Part shown: positions 53,290-64,000 of the stretch, in pieces | How positions within the stretch are numbered: position 1 is the first letter of the stretch | How the letters are laid out: every line of letters starts with the position of its first letter | Origin: Eledone cirrhosa | Taxonomy: Eukaryota | Reading direction: 5' to 3' | Length of the DNA: 64,000 bases | NCBI GenBank assembly: GCA_964016885.1 | Contig: OZ024743.1 | Location: 349,990,001-350,054,000, forward strand | Notes under the pieces: model-generated | What the model saw: the letters and a program-made list of their open reading frames with translations, nothing else | The model's database searches: none | What the model was told of the DNA's origin: nothing | Translations under genes and position numbers: made by a program

Positions 53290-54240
53290 AAGAACTAATA
53301 GGATGTTCCAGACCTTCTTTGCCCAACGAGCTATTGCTGTTGTTGCCTTTCCAACTCTCTTACTTAAATCAGTGACGAGAGTGAGATTTGTTGATATAGA
53401 ACAACCAAGGTAGGTGCGTTCGCCCAAAGCAGCGGCGTTGAAACTTCAGCAATGAGAATCTTGGGGATTGCTACAAATGGTTTAGTCTACGGCTTTTGTC
53501 TTTCGTGAGACTAATTGTTAAACCAAACTAACTGTACACAAGTGCGAAACAGCTGGTTTCTTTCTGGAAGGCCTCATCAGTGTGGAAAATTAGAATGTCG
53601 TAGTCGGCAAACATCTCCCAAATGATTATTGCTGCATCTTAGTGTGTGCTCATAACTGTGCAAGATTGTAAAGATTGCCGTCGCTTCGAGAGTAAAGGTG
53701 AATGACACCCTGTGAAACACCGAATATGTAAGACAGCAGAAGTGAGAAAATGTTGCCGCAAAGTGTGGGTGCAAGCACACATCCCTGTTTCTCTCCGCAC
53801 ATGATTTTAAATGGATCCAATGAGGAGCTATCCTATGAAAAGGTATTTCGCAACACTGTAGGAGGAGGTGTGGAATGGGGTGGATAGGTGCAGTCTTCTT
53901 TCCAGCCTTGGTGATTTTTGATGGAATTCCATCTCTTCTTGTCCCTTTACCGCAAGCAAGTGAATTAATGGCATTACAGAGCTGCTCTGATGAGGGTGGA
54001 ACGTCGAGCTCTTCCATGGTGATAGCGTAGGCAGGTATTCTCGACAGCTGCATCAATAACAATGTTCCGCCTTGTGTAGGGTACCGAGAATTCTTCTGCC
54101 CATCTATCCATCTGCCTGATGTGATAATGGTGGACGCTAATGATGGACGCGAGAGAAGCGATGTTGGTGACACTTGGACCAAAGACTTTTTCATGTCATA
54201 ACAACAACAACAACAACAACAACAACAAGGAAGCCTTTCC
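53290..54240 (-). mobile_element. Old RTE-like RT remnant
   Basis: ELDVPPS..AINSLACGKGTRRDGIP, TYLGCSIS..RVGKATTAIARWAKKVW. Confidence 0.6.
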
Positions 54241-55718
54241 TTGGTCACATGACATTCTAGTAACAACAGATAAATTACTCTAAAATCATATTTTATCGAA
54301 TTATACAATGTAAGGCTATATTATATTAGATAGTATAAATTCATATCTGTAGAAACGATACAGATTTTTTTTATCAGCATGTGTGTCTCCGAAGAGTTAA
54401 ATATGAAAGATCAACGCGAATATTGATCTTTATTGAGATAACCTGGCTCTACCTTTCACAATGCACGAAGAAACACGCATCCAAATGCTTTATATACCTA
54501 TTAGTTATGAAGCTGCTAATTTGAAGAATATTTAAGATAACGGTGGTAAGATCGAAACTAGAGAGAAGCTGTTCCTTTTATTCAATCTACGAAGAAAAAG
54601 GTAAATATATCATGTTTACAGGTTTAAATATATAAAAATGTACAAAGAAATCTCTGGCATTCAGATATGAACGTATAATATATTTCAGCTGCTTAATGCG
54701 CATTTAATAAATTAGATAGCGTATCTCCTTTATTTGAAATTTTACTTGAAATAAATTATACAAAGTGAACTGTGTATTTTTTTCTTTGTTTTGTCTAGTA
54801 TCCATAAACAGTGCTCTCTGTGAAATGATTCGTGTATTCCTCTACACTAGAGATTTGAAATTTTTCACATTGCTGACATATATTTAAATGTAACATGTTT
54901 CATGATACATTAAGTTTTATTAGCAACAAGAAATACACAGAATAAACGAAATCAATAAACTAATATCAAATCACATATCACCAGTCAAGTTTGTAATGAT
55001 ACACGAATATACACAACAGTTGAATATTCGTAAAATATTGATCTAATTTCACTTGATTTTGTGACACACATAGAGACAATGGGCACCACATTAAAGTTGT
55101 TATGACACAGTTTGGAACCTACTGCTCTAAACAATATAGGAAGACTAACTTCAGCAATGAAATGAAATATTCTTTCCTCAAATGTACATGACATATTAAA
55201 GGTCATAAATCGTCTTTATATTTTCAGCTATAAAAATTAAGTTGTTTTTGAACCTGCTAGAAATACCAACAAAATCTTGCTTAAACAAAACATACCGTCT
55301 TGAACATCAGGTAGCTCGGGATAACAGATGACTTTCAAAAATATGGGTTTGTCAAAGAGCACATTTGATCAGTGCTGACATGATACTAAATAACTACGTA
55401 TATTTCTTTATAACTCACTGCTTGATGTCTAATTGATTAAATTATTGCTAAGCCAGATGTTACAAGTTTAGAATGTATGGCTAAATATTACAGCTAGGCA
55501 AGTAACTGTATGTGGTAACCATCTAAAATCTGAAACCAGTGGTACAATGTAGGTAGAAACCATCATCTTTGGTATATTGCGTTAACGGCAGCAAAGTAAT
55601 TTGAAGCATGATAGTTGCAACATCTCATCCGCGGCAGCTATAGGATTCTGCAATACTCATGTCTTTAGCTGGTGTTGAAAAAAATGACTAGGAGGGGTTT
55701 TATATACAATACGTGCTT

Positions 55719-55756
<38 letters not shown>

Positions 55757-55855
55757 TATATGTATATATATGTATGTATGTATGTATGTATATGCGTGTG
55801 TCTGTGTGTATATGTGTGCATGTATGTATACATACATATATAAATATATAAATAC

Positions 55856-55915
<60 letters not shown>

Positions 55916-56029
55916 GTGTATATGTATGTATATGTATGTATATGCATATGTATGTATGTATATGCATATGTGTATATGTATATGCATGTATACATATGTG
56001 TATGTATGTGTATACATATGTGTATATAT

Positions 56030-56388
56030 GCACGGGGACATAGAAATAATAGAGCTGGATACCCGATCGTGTGGTTAAACCACTGGGAGTGAAGGACCCA
56101 TAGCTTTTGTCAGGGCATTCTTTTAGGAGAAGGCAACTTAGGAAACTGGGATAACTCGGATATAAAATCTGTAGCTCAGTAGTTACCGATGATGTTGATC
56201 TTTTCTTCTTTTCGGGTTACATCTACTGTCGCTCAGCGAGTGGGATTTCCTCACTTTAAAAAAATCTTCACGCGCAGGCATTTCACGATGGCATTAATTG
56301 ATAACTATTAATAATGTTATATCGCGCAATGATCATACTCGATAACGAGGGGGAAGCCATCATGTATGTATGCAAGTATGTACGTATG
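56030..56388 (+). mobile_element. Bipartite non-autonomous RTE derivative (family A)
   Basis: 5' part matches 9931-9640(-) and 3' part matches 5655-5600(-). Confidence 0.85.
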
Positions 56389-56589
56389 TTCTTCTGGTTT
56401 TATAATTTCACAAAGTTTTACCAATAGAGAGAGAGTCGGTTTCTAACATAGACACAAGACTCTCTCATTGGAATTTACACATCAACTAGGTAGATATGTA
56501 TGTATACATGCATGTGTAGATATGGATGTTATTGTAAGTGTGGATGTATATGTTTTGAGTTTTATGTGTGCATGTGTATATACTTTACA

Positions 56590-58015
56590 TCTGTATATGT
56601 GTATATGCAGTTATTAGATGCAACATTTTTGGAATGTGTTACATATTTTTTACTGTTCCATTAATGGATTGTACTTGTAATTTCCTAACTAGTTGTGTTC
56701 TTTCTGTTCCTGTGAAGCCTAGCTTCTCAAGATTTGAATTGAGGCAGTTACTAGCATATCCCAGTGCCTCAATAATCACAGACATAAATCTGAAGGTGTA
56801 ATCGGGGTGGAGTAGCTGCAGATTTATCAGCAGTTCTGCATAAATGTTCTCCTTTTCACTAATCTTTGATATTATATTGGGATCTGCTGGGCAGCTAATT
56901 TCCACTACTGTGCATGCTTTCTTCTCCCTGTTATGCCTGCATTTTATTGGGTCTTTTACTGTTACACTGGTACCACCAGTACTCTTTCATATTATGTATA
57001 TGGATGTCTTCCACATTGCTGTAGCTTTTAATGTGTTTATTATCGGGGCTATCTTTTTTACGAACTGCATTGTACAGTGTTTTGGCCACTACATCATGCC
57101 TCATAGGTAGATAGTACCGCGATGACATCTTTGGACAGCTGCTGATGACATGGGTGATATCGTCGATGTTAGTTCTGCAGAGTATGCACTGGTTATCACA
57201 TCTAGATGTTTTGCCTGCATCCCTATCTCTTTTTTGAATCAGATATTTCGTGCTAATCTCCTGTTCCTGGATTACAAAAGTGTATCCTTCAAAGTGGGAG
57301 CCAATATAGCGGTTGTTGATCAAAGATAGACTACTTTCCTTATCTATATTACTCTCACTCTAGAGCTTCCTGGCAACATATCCATGCATGATTTTTTGCT
57401 GATAGGCATGCAGTTTTTCATCCATGGGTTCACTGCGATACTGCTGAGCGACATCCCTGGGTGTGTGTTTTTGATTATCACACAGGGAATATCTCTCGAG
57501 GAGTTCCTTCCCAACTCTCATGATCTTATCTGTTTCATGCAGATAGACTTGCTTGAGAAACGGGCTCCTACGCTTTGAGGTTCGTAGATGTTGTCGGAGA
57601 GATATGATTCGACATTCAAATGTTGTCTGGACTGATGTTAGGCCTCTGCCTCCCTGCTTACGTTTCAAGTAAAGGCGGTCTATGTCACTGTTGATGTGGA
57701 AGTTTCCGGTGTTGTTCAGCATTTTTCGAGTTCCAACATCAACCGCTCGGATTTCGTCTATCGTCCAATTGAGTATTCCAATCGTTGGTGTTAGGACAGG
57801 CACAGCAAACACATTGTGAGCCACTGTTTTGTTTTGCGCAGAGAGTTCCGATGATCAGATCTTTCTTAATTGGGTGTAGTATTCCCTGGTTACGCGTTCT
57901 TTATTACAGATACCATTATAGGATATGTTCTCATCTATCCCCATGTATCTGTAGCAGTCCTCATCAGATATCGGTGAAACAGTTAGGCCATTCTTGGTGA
58001 GGAGGGTGACTTTGG
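56590..58015 (-). mobile_element. 3' part of a degraded R4/Dong-like LINE
   Basis: AHNVFAVPVLT, RLYLKRKQGGRGL, IQEQEISTKY, CILC..H..C, YYLPMRHD, EISCPAD. Confidence 0.82.
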
Positions 58016-58019
58016 ACAT

Positions 58020-58510
58020 CCTGCAGGACTAAAAACAAAACCTGTCAAAGGGCAAAGGAGCTCTTAAGAGTCAATGGCCATCCAAAATCACCGGGAGAGA
58101 TGACCCCTTAGCCTTTGTCAAGGCAGAATTCTAGGAGAAGGAAAACTCTGATATAACACCTGCAACTCTGATGGTATCCAATGATGTTGACTTGTTCTTC
58201 TTTTTGGTAAATATCATCTTGGTTAAGAGAGTGGGACTGGCTTTGTGCAGTGCCTTTCGTCACTATAAAAGCTTCACGGCACAGGCATTGCTTTATATCT
58301 GGAGATCTCTCTGCACTTATCGTCACATGGTACCATGGGCCCATCACAATGTCTCAATAATTGTCGCATGTGTAGTGTTTGTACCAGAGTTTTCAAGTCG
58401 CTGGCTGGACTAAAATGTCACTCGTTCAGCGCATCGGTAGGGGTTCTCCTACATGGATATAGAGTAGTGGCCGTACTCGAAAAAGAGTTGGCAGCCACCA
58501 TGTATGTATG
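58020..58510 (+). mobile_element. Bipartite non-autonomous RTE derivative (family B) retaining the last zinc-finger codons
   Basis: RTE-type UTR ctaggagaaggaaaactctgatata, then CSVCTRVFKSLAGLK, then ggccgtactcgaaaaagagttggcagccaccatg(tatg)n. Confidence 0.78.
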
Positions 58511-59317
58511 TATGTGTATGTATATGTATATATATATATATATATGTGTGTGTATGTATATGTATGTATATATATATGTGTGTGTATGTATGTATGTATG
58601 TATATATATATGTGTGTGTGTGTGTGTGTATATGTATGTTTGTATGTATATATATGTGTGTGTGTGTGTGTATATATGTATGTGTGTGTGTGTGTGTGTG
58701 TGTGTATGCACACAAGCAGTCACACACCTAGCCACATATATCAGATTAGACTTAGAATGAACATACATTTAAGGAGCCTGTCAGATGTCGCCCGACATAC
58801 TTCAGATGAAAGGTAGAAGATAGAGAGGCATTTCTTTGTCTGGTGAAATTGTTTGTTTAAAAGAAAAAAAGAAAAAATAAGAAACGCTTTATTGCGCATC
58901 CGAGCTAAATATTTCATCATTTTTAAATGTGTGTGTGGTTTGGTTTATACAGAAAATATGTAGAAACTTGCGAACTGTGACGACGTGGATGCCCACTGCA
59001 AGCGGCGCGGTTAAGTGGACAGGCAATACACACATACCAACAGCGACACCACCGCCATCACCACAACACCACTACCATCATCACCACCAACACCATCTTA
59101 GACAATACCACCGCCACCACTATCATCATCATCACCACCACCACCACAAACACCATAATCATCAACACCATCATCGTCATCATCATCATTATTAACAGCA
59201 GAGGGCACCAACACCGTCACCACAAACACCACCGTCACTATAGTTCACAATTTGTAGAATTGTATGTATGTATGTATGTATGTATGTATGTATGTATGTA
59301 TGTATGTATGTATGTAT

Positions 59318-59760
59318 CCGGGAGAGATGACCCTTAGCCTTTGTCAATGCAGAATTCTAGGAGAAGGAAAACTCTGATATAACACCTGCAACCCTGATGG
59401 TATCCAATGATGTTGACTTGTTCTTCTTTTTGGTAAATATCATCTTGGTTAAGAGAGTGGGACTGGCTTTGTGCAGTGCCTTTGCTCACTATAAAAGTTT
59501 CACGGCACGGCCATTGCTTTATATCTGGAGATCTCTCTGCACTTGTCGTCACATGGTACCATGGGCCCAGCACTATGTGTCGGTAATTGTCACAAGTGTA
59601 GTGTTTGTACCAGAGTTTTCAAGTCGCTGGCTGGACTAAAAAGTCACACTCGTTCAGCGCATCGGTAGGGGTTCTCCTACATGTATATAAAGTAGTGGTC
59701 GTACTCGAAAACGAGTTGGCAGCCACCATGTATGTATGTATGTATGTATGTATGTATGTA
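59318..59760 (+). mobile_element. Second family B RTE derivative
   Basis: Near-identical to 58091-58510. Confidence 0.8.
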
Positions 59761-59766
59761 TGTATG

Positions 59767-59798
<32 letters not shown>

Positions 59799-60036
59799 TG
59801 TGTGTATGTATCTATGTGTGTATGTATGTATGTATGTATCTATGTATGTATCTATGTGTGTATGTATCTATCTATGTGTGTATCTATGTGTGTTTGTATC
59901 TATGTGTGTATGTATCTATGTATATGGCGGAAGAACTCATAAGGGTCAATGGCCATCCAAAAGTGTGTAAATATGTATATACACATGTACATGTATGTGT
60001 ATATGTGTATATGCATGGGGGCATGTGTATGTATAT

Positions 60037-60452
60037 ACGCGGGGACATAGAAATAGTCGGGCTGGACACCCGATTGCGCGGTTAAACCACTGGGAGTGAA
60101 GGACCCCTAGCCTTTGTCAGGGTATTCTTCTAGGAGAAGGCAACTCAGGAAACTGGGATAACTCCGACATAAAACCTGCGGCTCAGTAGTTACCGATGAT
60201 GTTGATCTTTTCTTCTTTTCGGGTTATAGCTACTGTTTCTCAGAGAGTGGGATTGGCTCAGTGCACAGTCTTTCGTCACTTTAAAAAATATCTTCACGCA
60301 CAGGCATTGCACGATAGAATTAATTAATTATTAATAATAATGGTATATCGTGCAATGGCCATACTCGATAACGAGGGGGCAGCCATCATCATCATGTATG
60401 TATGTATGTATGTATGTATGTATGTATGTATGTATGTATGTATGTATGTATG
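60037..60452 (+). mobile_element. Second family A RTE derivative
   Basis: Very close match to both ends of the 5595-9931 RTE, with (TATG)n tail. Confidence 0.88.
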
Positions 60453-60499
60453 TTTTCTCTTTCTCTTAATTTCGAGTATATTTTTTTGACCGGCCACCT

Positions 60500-63400
60500 T
60501 CCTGGTGGCAAGGTTGTAAAAGAAAAGAAATTGTCATCCCTTGAATCGCAAGAATGTTTTGCATATTTTGAAGGTGCCAGCTATCGCAGCCATTTGTAGA
60601 CTATGAATTAGGGAGCTGCGCTTTTTGTCCGCAAATCCAAGTTCGGTCATACTTTAGTCCAAGCGGGTTGGTATATAACCCGTAGCACCAATAATGATGG
60701 GTATGAAGCTAAAGGTGTATCTTGGATACTGGATTTGTAAGCTCCTCATCAATGGTCCGTAGATGTCCTCCTTCTCCTGTATTTTTCTGACAACGTTTAC
60801 ATCAAGTGGGCAGTTGATCTCCACAACAGAACACGTTTTCAATGTGTGGTCCCAAACAACACTATCAGGCCGGTTGTGCTTTAATTTGGTGGCAGTTTTT
60901 ATTTTCAGGTTCCACCAGTATTCCTTAGTGCCATCTGTCTCAATATATTCTTCCTCGTTTGTTGTTAATTTTGTTTTCCGAAGTGCGTTCCAGATAGTTC
61001 TAGCTATCCCATCGTGTCTCATGGGGAGGTAGTAGCGAGATGACATTCTTTCGCAGCTGGCAACAATGTGGCTTACATCCTCGATCTTTGTTTTACATAG
61101 CCTACATTTATTGTCAGCTGCTGGCCCTCCTCTTTTGTGCAGCAGATATTTGGTAGGGAGTTCTTGTTCCTGTATTGCATAGAGATATCCCTCAAGGTGT
61201 GATGTCATAAACTTGTCGGAACTCCATGCCAGGCTTTTTGAGTGGTTTATCCCCTCTATGGTCTGTGTTTTACGCCTCAAGTATCCATGCACAACTTTCT
61301 CTGTAAATTGGTCAATTTTTTTTTCTTGTTTGAACATTGAATAGGATCTTCCGATTTCTCTGGGCGAGAGATTTATATCAGGCTTTATTCCATATCTCTC
61401 CTCCAGATCAGTCGCTATTCTAATGATATTTCTTTTTTCATGCTCATAAACCTGAGCAAGATGGTCGCCAACCTTTTTCCTCTGTTGAAGGTGTTGCTTC
61501 AGTGTTACTATCCGGGTCTCATATGTTGTTAATATTGATTTTAGACCCCGGCCACCTTCCTTGCGTGAGAAGTATAGCCTATCCACATCACCATTGATGT
61601 TAAAGTTCCCAGTAACACTGAGAAGTTTTCGAGTTCTAACATCCATCTCACTTAGTTCTTGCAATGACCAGTTCGGTAGGCCAAATGTTGGCGTTAGAAT
61701 TGGCACAGCATAGGTATTGTGGGCAATGTATTTGTTGTATGCTGACAGTTCTGATGACCATATTTTTTTTACTCTTCTGAGGTATTCAGTTCTGGTTCTC
61801 TCCTTATTTATGGGTCCATCATATCTGACATTCTCATCCTGTCCAAGATATCTGTAGTTGTCACCTGACTGCAGAGGTTGTATTGTCAGGCCGTTCATAT
61901 CTAGATTTCTAGAGGAGGGCACAGCTCTTCCACGTTTTACTGCCAAATATGCACACTTGGACTCACCAAATTTCATTTTGATGTCGGTTGAAAATTGTGT
62001 AATGAGGTCCAATTGTTTCTTGATGTCATTGATATTTGGCCCATACAACTTCAGGTCATCAACAAAGAAAAGATGGGAGATACTTCTGGGTCCACTTCTT
62101 TGTCCACCTTGTTTCCTGAGTAGGTAAGATAGTGGATTCAGTGAGAGAATGAAGAGTAGTACTGACAAGCTATCACCCTGAAAGATGCCCTTCTGGTAAT
62201 GTATCCTATCAGTCTTAACCTGCTCCTTCTCACCTCTAAGGATCAAATTGGTGTACCAGTTCTTGGTCAGGCGTTCAACAGCAGCTACTAATGGTTGTGG
62301 GACTTTAGCTAACTGTAAAGCCTTAATAATCCACCCATGAGGTACACTATCAAATGCTTTTTGATAGTCCAGCCACACGACAGTCATGTTTCTGCGATTC
62401 TTTGTTGTTTTTTTCCTGAATCATTTTGTTAGTTAGTAGGTGATCTATGCAACCCCACACCTCCCTCTTTCCACCAGCTTGCTCAGGTGTTATGATGTTG
62501 TTGGTAGCACAGTGATCCTGTAAGAACAGGTTAAGGCACCCAGTATATAATTTATACATGATGTTTTGGCAGGCAATTGGGCGGTAATTTTTAGCAAGGG
62601 TGGTTTGGCTATTTTTGGGAATGAGGAGAGTAGTGGCAGTTGATAACCATCTGGGCAGTTCTTGTGTGCCCTTAATGGTTTCTGTAAACAGCCGTATGAG
62701 ATCTTGCCGATAGAAAGTGAAATTCTTCAACCAGTATCCTGTAATGAGGTCTGGGCCTGGCGATTTCCTATTCGACATTTTCTGTAGAGCTGTTTCCAGT
62801 ATTGACCCATCTATGTCATATTGTTTTGTCTGGACATGTTGGCAGTAGTCCTGTTCCAGTTGTTTTAGCCAATTAGCTTGTCTGTTGAATCCGTCATCCG
62901 TTTCCCATACAGATCTCCAGTAGTTCTCAACCTGTACTTTTGAAGGGGTGTCGTTTACAGGGATTGAGCTTTTGCCACCGAAGCTGCGATAAACTGATTT
63001 AGGATCTCTGGCAATCTATTTAGCACTTGTCGTTTATGGACTTATATTTTAGTCTTTCTGTTGTAGCTGTGAGTTGTTGTTTCAACTGGTGTAATTTGGA
63101 GTTCAAAGTTTTAAATTTGGTTTCTCCAAATCGTCTCTCTAACTTTTTCTTTAGGTCTTCCTGGTGTCGTGTGAAGTTTCTCTCTATGTTGCATTTCATA
63201 ACGACTGCGATGTGTGAGATACTTCGTCTCAGGGACAAAATTTTGGTTTTTAAATTTTGCATCCACGCTGGTTCAGGCTTTCTGTTTGTATCTTGATTGC
63301 GTGGTTTTAGATGTGTGTTATATGATAGCAATGTGACAGCTGAAACATATAACAAAACATTAAGCGTTTCAAATGTCGTTTCTACACCTTTAGATCGTAT

Positions 63401-64000
63401 AGCCTTCAGATAATTGCCAGCTATTTCGTTCACCGCTTCCAATTCCAATTTAGTGGGTTCTTTACTGACTCTAGTGTTGTATGGTCTGTCACTCACATTA
63501 AGGCTGTGTATCTCTTGAAACACATCGTTCCATATCACTTGTAGGGTGCCCACAAGTTTTTGGTGTTCTGTTTGTTCAGTAGAGTCATGAATTTCAGCCT
63601 CGTTGTTGATGTGGTGACAATTACTACTAGAGTCAGCTGACCTTTCTCGCTGTTCTTCAGTGGAAGTGGGATGGATTTCAGCAAAATTGTTGGTGAGCTG
63701 TTCACTGTTAGATTTAGCTGGCCATTCTCTTTGTCTGTCAGTGGAGGTGGGGTGGTTGTCTACAAGGGCTGTATTTGTAGTATCACTCGATTCCGTTAGA
63801 TGTATCAATTTACATCTAATGATACGTTTTGCCTGTTCATTTAGATGCTTTGGAGAAAAGTCTAATTCTGGGTGTTTGGAGTTCCATAAAGTTTTTAGCC
63901 TTTGCATAAAACCGAACTTTTGGGGTTCAGATTGTTTGTATGCTTCATATAATACTTTGTTAAGCTCGTAGCTCCACTGTATACAACGGTTGTAATTGCG
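60500..64000 (-). mobile_element. R4/Dong-like LINE (RT + RLE), frameshifted, continues past the window end
   Basis: ORFs 63907-63020, 62778-62350, 62387-60654: KSPGPD, YRPIAC, EQAGG, GIFQGDSLS, FVDD, CRLC..H..C, RHD, RPD, VEINCP. Confidence 0.9.

Noticed and set aside
58929-59195. Histidine-rich ORF
   Set aside because: It is a degenerate (CAC/CAT)n repeat with no other coding signal.

Overview
Eukaryotic, AT-rich and microsatellite-dense DNA. The SINE/LINE complement suggests a cephalopod such as Octopus (inference, not verified). One host gene is visible on the + strand: the last five coding exons of an angiotensin-converting-enzyme-like peptidase M2 (951-1180, 21914-22058, 24779-24877, 32346-32468, 43271-43451). 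The exons splice in phase, retain HEMGH/EAVGD, and end without a membrane anchor. Introns and downstream DNA are full of retroelements: an uninterrupted RTE LINE ORF with C-terminal zinc fingers plus its ORF-less bipartite derivatives, degraded CRE-, Tx1-, R4/Dong- and RTE-like LINEs, tRNA-type SINEs and two non-autonomous DNA transposons. The most striking pattern is a set of Penelope-like elements (PLEs) and non-coding relatives inserted into (TA)n tracts as tailed palindromes, i.e. two inverted arms with a unique tail on one arm. Most carry minimal type I hammerhead ribozyme (HHR) folds, with either canonical or recurrent variant cores. One of them is an ORF-less ~435-nt tandem unit with an intact hammerhead (retrozyme-like). 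All alignments and folds were done by eye and boundaries are approximate.
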